Positions 8,406-16,697 of a stretch of 64,000 nt of DNA are shown here, piece after piece (within the stretch, counting starts at the first letter, position 1; every line of letters starts with the position of its first letter). Both the position numbers and the translations under genes were made by a program. This DNA is from a virus, in the IMG/VR virus record IMGVR_UViG_3300021599_000885. The stretch is one strand, 5' to 3'. The notes under the pieces were generated by a model. The model was not told the DNA's origin, searched no databases, and saw only the letters and a list, made by a program, of their open reading frames with translations.

Positions 8406-11400
8406 TTATTTATGATTCTGGTCGTCAACCTTTCTAGAAAGTTCTTTAATAGCCTCAACCAGTAGAGGAACAATCTTATGGTAGTCAACCGCAAGGTAAC
8501 CATTATCTCTAGTTGTGACTGCCTCTGGTAGAATCTTCTCAATTTCTTGAGCGATAAGACCAACATCATGACCAGTCTTGTTGGACTTTTCATTCCAATC
8601 AAATGTGTTACCACTGATTGATAGAACCTTTTCTAGTGGATTATCAATTCTAGTGATGTTATCCTTCAATCTTTCGTCAGAAGACCAGAAAGCAGTAATA
8701 TCATCAGTTACGCTCAAGATACCAGTGATTGTTGTATTAGTTTGGATTGCAACAAGAGTGCTTCCACCATTTGCATTGAGTTTTAGATTTCCAGACTGAG
8801 TATCAATAGTATTGTCATCAGTAACGGCAATTTTAATGTTACCAAAACTACCAGCGGAAGAAACTAGAGTAGATGAAGAATCAATAACTAGATTTCCACT
8901 TACGGTTAGGTTTCCAGTTACATTAGCATTTCCACCAACATTCAAGTTCTTCGCAATACCAACACCACCACTAACTGTGACTGCACCAGTACTGAAATCA
9001 GTTGACTGTGTAGTATCAGTTACTTTTAGTGGTGCAGAAATAGTAGTTGTATCATTAATTTTAACTTCTTTGTTGAACTTAACTGGACCATCAAACTGAG
9101 ACAGAACAGTACCAGAGTTTCCACCTTCAACTAGAAGTCTTTGCTTAACAATAACTTCATCAAATACAACACTCAAACTAGAAGGATCTTCACCAGTTAT
9201 TGTTGGTACTGGAATATCAAATACTTCTTCTTGACCAGTAGCAGAGTTAATCTTCTTATTACCAATGAAGAAGTCGCCAACGCTGTTCATACCAGTATAA
9301 ACAACGATACCGCAGTTCTTCTCTTGTGCTTGTGCGAGGTAGTCTTCCTTATCACTCAGACTCTTGACCTGAACTTGTGGAAGTGCAGTTGAATAGTTAC
9401 CTGGACCATAACCAAGATATTCAAATGTATGTCCAGAAGCACGTAAGTATGAAGGTCTACGGAACTCAATAGCCTTAGGTGTGATCTTCTTAATAAGAGC
9501 ACCACCAGAATGGTTTTGCTTCAGAGTTCCTAAAGCACCACGAATAACACTGACTTCATTGTTACCAGAACCAGCAAGAGTGCTGGTTACAACTCTCATA
9601 ATCTCATCATCAACTTGGATATATGAACCAAGTTCAAATCTATTGGTAGTTGAAATACCAGAGTTTGTAGTTTTAATATGAAGTGTAGTCTGATTGGAGA
9701 TATTAGACTGAAGAATAGCAGTCTCGTTTCCGTAGAAGAAGAATCCTCTTGCTCCAAGATTCTCACCATCAACATCAGAGGTCTTATCATTGGAAGATAG
9801 ACCATGCTTCAACAGATACTTAGGAGAAGTAAGTGATGCACTCGTCTTAGCACTAACTGTTGTGGTTGTGATACCAGTAACTAGATAGTCGCCTAAGTTT
9901 TGATCTGTAGAGTTCTTAACGGTGAGTCTATTACCAACCACAAAACCATGAGGTTCAGACATTGTAAAGGTGGTAATACCAGTTGCTGAAGTAAATGCTG
10001 AAGAAGAAACAGTTAGTTCAGGTGCAATGTTCAGTAGATATTGCCCTTGAACAATTCTTGGATCCTTATCAGTAATAGCAATAGCAACTTGATTTTTAGC
10101 AGGAACACCAGTAATACGATAGTATCCACCAGCAGTTGTTCCAATACCTGTGATTTGAACGGTATTACCAATAACTGTTGAAATACCAGCAGTTGTTACA
10201 GTTAAACCAGCGCCTACTCCACCACCAATTCTTCCAGTATCAAAGTCTAGTTCTTCGCCATTTGTATAACCAGAACCACCAACAGTAATATCTACAGAGG
10301 ATACAGCATTACCAGCAACTGTTACAGTGGCGGTAGCGCCATCCCAAGTTGATGTTCCATTATTAAAGAGTTTTACATTATAGTAAGTTCCATTGGTATA
10401 TCCACTACCACCAGTAAAGGAACTATAAGTTACAATTCCATTAAAACCATGCTCTCTAGCGAATGTTAAAGTTGCAACTCCAACAGTTGCACTTGGGAAT
10501 GAAGTTGTAACTCCAGTGATAGGAAGACCAATACCAAGAGCTGGGAGTAAAATATCAACAGTTTCTCTTGTAAGACTCTTCTTAAGATCATCAGTTACAA
10601 CATCGCCAATAGGAGATCTCTTAGCGTATGTTTTACTTGAGTTTGGATTATCACTGATATTATCTCTATCCAACTGTGGATATAGATCTTTAACATTTTG
10701 ACTATAGGAATGTCCAGTGAATTCAGTTTCAACAGTATTACCAGCATTTAACACATACAAGTGATAAACACCATCTTGAACATCCTTAATATATGGAGAG
10801 ATGACCTCGTTTCTATAAACATAGAAGTTCTCATTCCAATCATTTCTTTCTAATCTTGGAAGAGCAGTTGTTCTACTGCTTGTATCATTTGTAAATGAAC
10901 CAGTAGAATGAGTTATACCATAAACATCTGCTGTTGAGTGAGTAAATGTCTTATCATCAACTACAGAAGCAACAGTAAATACTCCATTATATCCCTTATT
11001 AACAGTTCCAGCAGTGTTTCCAGTGCTGGTTACATTTCTGATGATAATCTTCTCACCAACTCTTACATTATGTGGTAGTTCTGTAATAACAGTAACTGTA
11101 GAAGAACTCGTTGAGCAGGTGCTGATGAATCTTGGGTTTCTGTTATAATCATAGTCAGATGTTGTAATTCCAGTAGCAGTAAAGTCAGCGTTAGATCTTG
11201 CTCCAGTAGTGCTGGACTCCTGAATAACAAATCCTTCTTCTGGATCCTTTGCATTATCAAACTCTTTTGGAACTACAACTCTAAACTTATAGAGTTTCTC
11301 ATCAAGACTTCTTGGATCTTCTGTTCTATTAAAGAATGATGGATTTGATGCAGAACCAAGAGTTCCAGTTCCTAGAGTATTAAATGCTGTGTAGATAGCA

Positions 11401-13655
11401 TTATTATGGGATGAATGAATAAACCAATTGTTATTTGCAGCATCAAACTGAATAGGTGAACCAATTTCACCAGCAGCCTTATCACTTACTCTACTAATAA
11501 CTTTAATATTCGTTCCACCATATAGTGTAATGAATGCACTATTCTCAGCATTCGTTGCTGAAGATGCTATCTTAATTTGAGTTGAAGACTCTTTAATAAC
11601 ATAATAAATGGTGTGTGGATTAATATTCTCTGGTAGGTCTCCACTATCACTGATGAGTAGAATCTTTTCACCAGTTAGTAAGTTATGTGTTCCAATAGTC
11701 AGAACGCTAGATGAAACGCTACTTACAGAGTATTGTTTAAATGAACTAGATGTTCCTAGAGCAGAGGTAATACCAGATGTGCTAATGGCATTATCAACCA
11801 TTAGGATATTTGCACTGTAGGTAGTTCCAGATCCAACGAACGATAGTTGATCGTTCAGTTTAGCACCAACTCTATAACCTTGAACAAGAACTGGTGGAGC
11901 AATGTTCTTATCATTGTAACCATAAAGATATAGATGGCTTGAAATACCAACAGAAGTTGTTAAACCAACATCTAGTTGTACCCAGTCAATACTCTCTTCT
12001 GTCGCTACAATTGCTTTTGGTGTAATAACAGAAGTAATAAATGCTTTATTGTCCTTCGCAAATGCTTCTGCCTTAAATCCTTCTGCGTTCAGTGAGAACT
12101 GACCAAAGTTTGAGTTAGAGTTTGTGATACTGAAGTCAGCACCAGTTCTACCATCAAAGTGATATGAAAAACCAATAGCAAATACAGAGACGACCTGAAT
12201 AAAGGCATCGTTCGAACCTTTAATATGACTAGATTCCCATCCAGTTCTATAGAGAGCATCAGAGTCTAGGTGATAAACTTTATTAGAATCTGTAGATGAA
12301 GATTCACTTGAAAGTGATGCACCAGTTACTTTAGAAACCGTAATACCTTCATACGCTCTAGAAGACTCATTATACTTAACAAATGCTCTGTCGTCTTTCT
12401 GTAGAGAAACAGCAGTAAACTGAGCAACAACCATCGAACGGAAACCAGATGCCTTAGCACCATCGGCATGAAGACCGTTCATACCATAAACTGAACGCAA
12501 GGAACAGTTAAAGATATATGGAGAAGCACCACCAACAGTATCAGTCTCGATAGTAACTGTTGCTCCAGAAGCACTAGGAGAAGCAGGAAGATTGTTTCTT
12601 ACAAATGGTAGTAGATAAGTAAACTGAGTTTCGCTGCTTACACTTTGAACTGTGGTTGATACATTATAGTCATCAACACTTACACCTTTAACTTTGATAG
12701 GTGTACCAGTTGTAAGACCATGTGCTGTAGATGTAGTAACTGTAATAACACTACCAGGAGTGAAACTATCTCCAGAAATAATGGTAGAGATATTAACTGG
12801 GTCAGCAGCAAATGCGCCAACAATTTCCCACTCAGAACGCTTCTTAGCAAAACCTAGTGGTTCAGCTGGCCACTTCTGGTCAATATTTCTGCCAGTTTCC
12901 GAATTAAATGCATTCGAAAGCTTGCTATAATACATGTCGAGGTCTGTAATGGAATATCCAGTAGGGATATTCACACCATCAGCATACTCAAAACAAGTTA
13001 GTTTGTGGTGAGAGAATGTTGGTTTTGACTGATTACCAGAACCAAAGTTTGATGCATCAGTATATACTAGACCACTCTGGTCACCATCAAAGATAGAAAA
13101 CTGCCAGAAGTAACAAGCACCTGTGATTCTGAAAATAGAAGAACCTGCTACATTAGTATCAGTTGGGTTTGGTACATACTTAGGACGAATCTTAGTCTTT
13201 CTAAGGTCTAAACCAACAATTGAAGTACCTCTAGGTACAACAACACCACCATGAATACTATTAAACTTATAAAGAATATTTTCTTGCTGCGTTAGATCAA
13301 ATACTGAAGATGATGTAAGAGTTAATTCTGTAGATGCTACGGTCTCTGAACCAGCTGGAGATACGGCAGTAGCAGTTCCACTTACATCTTTAATAGCATA
13401 TCCAGGTCTATTATCAATGACGTGTTCGCCAGGAAATAAAAGAATTGTAGTTTTCTCTACAATATCATTATCACTTCCCCTCAAATATGAGAATCTCGCT
13501 GCCTCTAGCAGTGCTCTCTGAATCGTTTTGAAAGGTTTTGTTAACGAATTACCTTGATTCTCGATAGAATCGGTAGCATCAAGGTCACTTGGGTTAACAT
13601 AGAGAATACGCCCTTCAGTATTCTTTATGAAATTTTCCAGTTTGTTTAAAGGCAT
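8406..13655 (-). CDS. large virion structural / tail fibre protein with C-terminal intramolecular chaperone (peptidase S74) domain
   Basis: 1749 aa; GNSLTKPFKTIQRAL, SGHTFEYLGYGPGNYS; C-terminal SDERLKDNI...GLIAQEIEKILPEAV...LVEAIKEL; TAAATA at 13688-13693. Confidence 0.85.
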   Translation of the reverse strand: MPLNKLENFIKNTEGRILYVNPSDLDATDSIENQGNSLTKPFKTIQRALLEAARFSYLRGSDNDIVEKTTILLFPGEHVIDNRPGYAIKDVSGTATAVSPAGSETVASTELTLTSSSVFDLTQQENILYKFNSIHGGVVVPRGTSIVGLDLRKTKIRPKYVPNPTDTNVAGSSIFRITGACYFWQFSIFDGDQSGLVYTDASNFGSGNQSKPTFSHHKLTCFEYADGVNIPTGYSITDLDMYYSKLSNAFNSETGRNIDQKWPAEPLGFAKKRSEWEIVGAFAADPVNISTIISGDSFTPGSVITVTTSTAHGLTTGTPIKVKGVSVDDYNVSTTVQSVSSETQFTYLLPFVRNNLPASPSASGATVTIETDTVGGASPYIFNCSLRSVYGMNGLHADGAKASGFRSMVVAQFTAVSLQKDDRAFVKYNESSRAYEGITVSKVTGASLSSESSSTDSNKVYHLDSDALYRTGWESSHIKGSNDAFIQVVSVFAIGFSYHFDGRTGADFSITNSNSNFGQFSLNAEGFKAEAFAKDNKAFITSVITPKAIVATEESIDWVQLDVGLTTSVGISSHLYLYGYNDKNIAPPVLVQGYRVGAKLNDQLSFVGSGTTYSANILMVDNAISTSGITSALGTSSSFKQYSVSSVSSSVLTIGTHNLLTGEKILLISDSGDLPENINPHTIYYVIKESSTQIKIASSATNAENSAFITLYGGTNIKVISRVSDKAAGEIGSPIQFDAANNNWFIHSSHNNAIYTAFNTLGTGTLGSASNPSFFNRTEDPRSLDEKLYKFRVVVPKEFDNAKDPEEGFVIQESSTTGARSNADFTATGITTSDYDYNRNPRFISTCSTSSSTVTVITELPHNVRVGEKIIIRNVTSTGNTAGTVNKGYNGVFTVASVVDDKTFTHSTADVYGITHSTGSFTNDTSSRTTALPRLERNDWNENFYVYRNEVISPYIKDVQDGVYHLYVLNAGNTVETEFTGHSYSQNVKDLYPQLDRDNISDNPNSSKTYAKRSPIGDVVTDDLKKSLTRETVDILLPALGIGLPITGVTTSFPSATVGVATLTFAREHGFNGIVTYSSFTGGSGYTNGTYYNVKLFNNGTSTWDGATATVTVAGNAVSSVDITVGGSGYTNGEELDFDTGRIGGGVGAGLTVTTAGISTVIGNTVQITGIGTTAGGYYRITGVPAKNQVAIAITDKDPRIVQGQYLLNIAPELTVSSSAFTSATGITTFTMSEPHGFVVGNRLTVKNSTDQNLGDYLVTGITTTTVSAKTSASLTSPKYLLKHGLSSNDKTSDVDGENLGARGFFFYGNETAILQSNISNQTTLHIKTTNSGISTTNRFELGSYIQVDDEIMRVVTSTLAGSGNNEVSVIRGALGTLKQNHSGGALIKKITPKAIEFRRPSYLRASGHTFEYLGYGPGNYSTALPQVQVKSLSDKEDYLAQAQEKNCGIVVYTGMNSVGDFFIGNKKINSATGQEEVFDIPVPTITGEDPSSLSVVFDEVIVKQRLLVEGGNSGTVLSQFDGPVKFNKEVKINDTTTISAPLKVTDTTQSTDFSTGAVTVSGGVGIAKNLNVGGNANVTGNLTVSGNLVIDSSSTLVSSAGSFGNIKIAVTDDNTIDTQSGNLKLNANGGSTLVAIQTNTTITGILSVTDDITAFWSSDERLKDNITRIDNPLEKVLSISGNTFDWNEKSNKTGHDVGLIAQEIEKILPEAVTTRDNGYLAVDYHKIVPLLVEAIKELSRKVDDQNHK

Positions 13656-13693
13656 CGGATTATATACGCCAATATATTTCTATGTTTTATTTA

Positions 13694-14008
13694 TCAACCC
13701 ATCAAATCTTCCTCATCGTGATAATATTCTAGTTCATCAGGCATATCTTCAGGGTTTTCTAGTTCTATCGGGAACATACAAGGATGCACTTCCTCATCTA
13801 TAAGGTAGAAAGAACTTCTGTATAAGTCGTCTGGTTCAAATGATCTTTCTTTATCTGCTAGTCTCTTAAGATCATCATCTTCCAAATGCCCATCAGGCAT
13901 CTCATCAAATGTGAATGGGACTTGATTAATGAAATACATTTTCACTATCATGCTGCCTTCGTTATACCAGCAGTACGCAGTGTCTATTCTATAAGACATA
14001 GGCTTCAC
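13694..14008 (-). CDS. conserved cyanophage hypothetical protein
   Basis: acidic 104 aa; TAAATA at 14021-14026. Confidence 0.75.
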   Translation of the reverse strand: MKPMSYRIDTAYCWYNEGSMIVKMYFINQVPFTFDEMPDGHLEDDDLKRLADKERSFEPDDLYRSSFYLIDEEVHPCMFPIELENPEDMPDELEYYHDEEDLMG

Positions 14009-14032
14009 TCCCGTATCTTATATTTATTTTTA

Positions 14033-14106
14033 TACCCACAGTCGGATTCGAACCGACACTGGAGGAGTTTTAAGCTCCCTATCTCTGCCTGTTGGATTAT
14101 GCGGGC
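14033..14106 (-). tRNA. trnL: tRNA-Leu(UAA), short variable region
   Basis: GCCCGCA..GGGAG-CTTAAAA-CTCCT..GTCGG-TTCGAAT-CCGAC-TGTGGGT-A cloverleaf; no encoded CCA. Confidence 0.85.
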
Positions 14107-14111
14107 GTAGG

Positions 14112-14185
14112 TGCAGGTTGCGAGGATCGAACTCGCCTTCGCAGAATTATGAGTTCTGAGCATTCTACCAGATTGCTAAACCTGC
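14112..14185 (-). tRNA. tRNA with CAU anticodon (elongator Met or lysidine-type Ile2)
   Basis: GCAGGTT..CAGAA-CTCATAA-TTCTG..GCGAG-TTCGATC-CTCGC-AACCTGC-A. Confidence 0.85.
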
Positions 14186-14288
14186 TTTATGTAATTGGGA
14201 AGAACATTGCCCTTCCCATACGACGCTACGGAAGATACCCGTAGTAGAAGTTGGCGTCTTTTTAGGCTATCTGCCTAACGACTACCAA
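14186..14288 (-). ncRNA. candidate structured spacer RNA between tRNAs
   Basis: three hairpins TTAGGC/GCCTAA, CTACGG/CCGTAG (loop GTATCTT) and TGGGAAG/CTTCCCA, with possible GTAGT/ATTAC closure. Confidence 0.45.
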
Positions 14289-14376
14289 TAGAAGTGGGTG
14301 GATTCGAACCACCTCAAAGCCGCTAATCTGGCGGAAAGAGTTTATAAGACTCCTCTGACTACCAAGTCTCACTTCC
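14289..14376 (-). tRNA. atypical tRNA, UAU anticodon (nominally Ile), long variable arm
   Basis: GGAAGTG/CACTTCT acceptor, GACT-TGGT-AGTC D arm, GGAGT-CTTATAA-ACTCT, CCGC/GCGG V arm, GGTGG-TTCGAAT-CCACC. Confidence 0.75.
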
Positions 14377-14388
14377 TAGATGATGAAC

Positions 14389-14562
14389 TTACTGAGCTTC
14401 GTTGTTTAACTCAGTGTGTATTCGTATAAGTTCATCATCGGCAGGCATCATAACTGCTGCCTTACCATCTTCTCCAATGATACCAATGTGCTCTCCTTGT
14501 TCTACTCGTTCTAGGAGAGCATCAAAGTTTTCTTCCCACTCTTTTACAGTAAACACTTCCAT
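14389..14562 (-). CDS. Phd/YefM antitoxin-like small protein (57 aa)
   Basis: MEVFTVKEWEENFDALLERVEQGEHIGIIGEDGKAAVMMP matches the Phd N-terminal pattern; read manually. Confidence 0.65.
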   Translation of the reverse strand: MEVFTVKEWEENFDALLERVEQGEHIGIIGEDGKAAVMMPADDELIRIHTELNNEAQ

Positions 14563-14564
14563 TA

Positions 14565-14759
14565 TTATTCTACAGCAATATCAGCGTATTCGATTTGATG
14601 AGGTTCAAGGTTAGCAGTAACAACTTCCAGGACATTCATAAACTCCTGAACAGTTTCACACTCTACCATTTTCTCATTACCTTCATCACTAATGAGAAGG
14701 AAAGAGCGAGTGCAGACATCAATAACAATGCCCAGGACAGATTCTTGTGCGGTTCCCAT
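14565..14759 (-). CDS. conserved cyanophage hypothetical protein
   Basis: 64 aa, first gene after sigma70 promoter. Confidence 0.7.
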   Translation of the reverse strand: MGTAQESVLGIVIDVCTRSFLLISDEGNEKMVECETVQEFMNVLEVVTANLEPHQIEYADIAVE

Positions 14760-14784
14760 TGGATGTTCCGTTGATTACCTGAGT

Positions 14785-14813
14785 ATTATAGGGGGTCTGG
14801 GTCCTGGTGTCAA
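14785..14813 (-). promoter_or_regulatory. sigma70 early promoter for small genes and tRNA cluster
   Basis: TTGACA-N17-TATAAT. Confidence 0.85.
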
Positions 14814-14824
14814 GGGGTCTAGGC

Positions 14825-14854
14825 AAAAAAAGAGAGGGTGCTAAGACCCTCTCT
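14825..14854 (-). terminator. intrinsic terminator
   Basis: AGAGAGGGT-CTTAGC-ACCCTCTCT followed by U-run. Confidence 0.85.
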
Positions 14855-14856
14855 AG

Positions 14857-14925
14857 TAACCACCAACTCATCTCTCCCACCACAGAGAGGGTCTTCATTC
14901 CCAAAGATACAAGGATTTGAAAGAC
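14857..14925 (-). ncRNA. candidate structured RNA, copy 1 (repeat of 56726-56795)
   Basis: own promoter and terminator; two hairpins; 58/59 nt identical to copy 2. Confidence 0.65.
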
Positions 14926-14931
14926 TTGATT

Positions 14932-14960
14932 ATTATAAAGGATTATTTGGGGATTGTCAA
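14932..14960 (-). promoter_or_regulatory. sigma70 early promoter driving ncRNA copy 1
   Basis: TTGACA-N17-TATAAT consensus, ~6 nt upstream of the element. Confidence 0.9.
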
Positions 14961-14973
14961 GTCTAGTAATTTT

Positions 14974-15684
14974 TTAATTTAGAAAATCAATTTGCATACT
15001 GGGTATTTCTTTTTTAATCCATGAAACTAAATCATTAATTTCAGGACATAGATCACATAAGTCATCATCAATGATACCAAAAGAAGGGTATAAAGATTTT
15101 ACTGTACCTAAATTTGGTATCTCAGTTTCATTAATTGATTTTTCTTTCCCTATCAGACCAAAAGACTTCACATAAACATTAGATAGTTCATAGTTTTTTA
15201 CTCTATCTAAATTAAAGTGATCACATACTTTATCCATAGTTTCTTTTTTATTCTCAAAAAAACTATTTGATTCTACCCATAAGACATCACCAATATCACT
15301 TATCCATTGAACATTATTCAACCACATAAAAGTAATTTTCTCAAGATCAGTTGTAAACTGATATTCCTTTAAAGATGGGTGACAATGTTTTAGATGATGT
15401 TCATACTTTGTAGATACAATACGATTAATATAGTTTGATGATTTTATTTTAAACAGATGATGTTTTAATTTCCTATACAAGAAAACTTTTTTACCCGGTA
15501 GTTGATGTGAAAACGGACACCATCCACTTCCAAATTTAATAGTGGCATCATCAAGTTCCAACTCACCATTTAATAACCTAGAAGACCATGATGGTTCGCA
15601 ATAAACAGTTGTAGAATTCGCCAATAATGTTGCCATTAAAGTAGAACCACAGTGAGATGTGTGGTAAATTTGATTAATTTTCAT
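14974..15684 (-). CDS. P-loop/sulfotransferase-like hypothetical protein
   Basis: YHTSHCGSTL...VYCEP resembles the PAPS-binding loop; start MKINQ at 15684. Confidence 0.55.
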   Translation of the reverse strand: MKINQIYHTSHCGSTLMATLLANSTTVYCEPSWSSRLLNGELELDDATIKFGSGWCPFSHQLPGKKVFLYRKLKHHLFKIKSSNYINRIVSTKYEHHLKHCHPSLKEYQFTTDLEKITFMWLNNVQWISDIGDVLWVESNSFFENKKETMDKVCDHFNLDRVKNYELSNVYVKSFGLIGKEKSINETEIPNLGTVKSLYPSFGIIDDDLCDLCPEINDLVSWIKKEIPSMQIDFLN

Positions 15685-16249
15685 GTGCTTTTTGATAATC
15701 AATACCAAAGAAATGAGATATACAATATCTACCATTTCCAGAATAATAATCTGTATCTTCTATACTTACCCACTTAACTCCATGAGTAACATATGCACCA
15801 CCCGTAAACTTTCTAGGTTCTCTATTGAAATAACTGAACGCTAAAAAGTCATGATTTATATCAGTATGGGGAGCATAATAGTCTCCATCATGATAATATC
15901 TAACTTTTGTGTAGCAATAATTAGTGTTTAGAATTTTTTTATGTTGTGGAAACCTATCATAAAAGATATTCAAAAACCCATGATTGAATAACTTTTGAGT
16001 TACCGTTATAATATTGGAAAGATTTTTATCATTATAAGAGATATCTAATTGTATAGACCTAGATTTAGTTAAAATCTCTCCTGTTTCTGGATGAACTGCT
16101 CCATGAATGTATCCAGGATCGTACAATTTTCCTGGTTTAGTTAGAAAAATAAGTTCTTCCCAAATCAATTCTAATTCTTCATCAGTATAAAAATTTTCTA
16201 TGGTCAGATGAGGAAATGGATCTTTAAATATACTTATCTTTCTTTCCAT
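15674..16249 (-). CDS. 2OG-Fe(II) oxygenase (prolyl-4-hydroxylase-like), apparent internal in-frame deletion
   Basis: PFPH..IENFY, Y..GDYY.PHTD, FTGG directly joined to AYVTHGV, GRY. Confidence 0.75.
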   Translation of the reverse strand: MERKISIFKDPFPHLTIENFYTDEELELIWEELIFLTKPGKLYDPGYIHGAVHPETGEILTKSRSIQLDISYNDKNLSNIITVTQKLFNHGFLNIFYDRFPQHKKILNTNYCYTKVRYYHDGDYYAPHTDINHDFLAFSYFNREPRKFTGGAYVTHGVKWVSIEDTDYYSGNGRYCISHFFGIDYQKAHEN

Positions 16250-16275
16250 TATTAATAGACATTTTAAACATTATA

Positions 16276-16684
16276 TCAAGTATTTGATTGATTGTCAATT
16301 AAATCTAATACCCAAGATCTTTCTCCTTCAGAACCTTCAACTTGTTTCCAATCTGAAATAGATTCATCCCATTCATATTGATGAGTAGTCATTGGTTTTG
16401 GAAATGGTGGTCTCCATTTTTTTCTTTCTGGATCATACCACCACTGGTGGAATAAAAACTTGATGAACTTCATCATAGAAGTCACCTATCCCAGCATACT
16501 TATATCTAAAATTTGAATTATAAGAAGTTTGAACCCACTTTGTATCTTGTCCTAATAAGTTTTTATTGAATTGAATTCCAATCTCTTCTGACTCATTTCC
16601 ATTTTCATCCAAAATATCAGAGTTATTGACTACTGTTACTTGAAGTACTATATTATTTTCATCTAGTTCTGCGAAATGTGCCAT
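16276..16684 (-). pseudogene. split/frameshifted conserved phage protein (MAHFAELDENN family)
   Basis: N-part ends FIPP-VVV*; the expected W...W.PP.PKP...Y.WDE C-part continues in another frame (16276-16485). Confidence 0.6.
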
Positions 16685-16697
16685 AATTATTACTATA

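Noticed and set aside
14719-14904. 61-aa ORF across the ncRNA element
   Set aside because: Crosses a terminator and a promoter, has a TTG start without RBS, and is not preserved in copy 2.
14857-14925. diversity-generating retroelement TR/VR pair with 56726-56795
   Set aside because: Both copies are non-coding, the differences are not adenine-specific, and there is no reverse transcriptase in the window.
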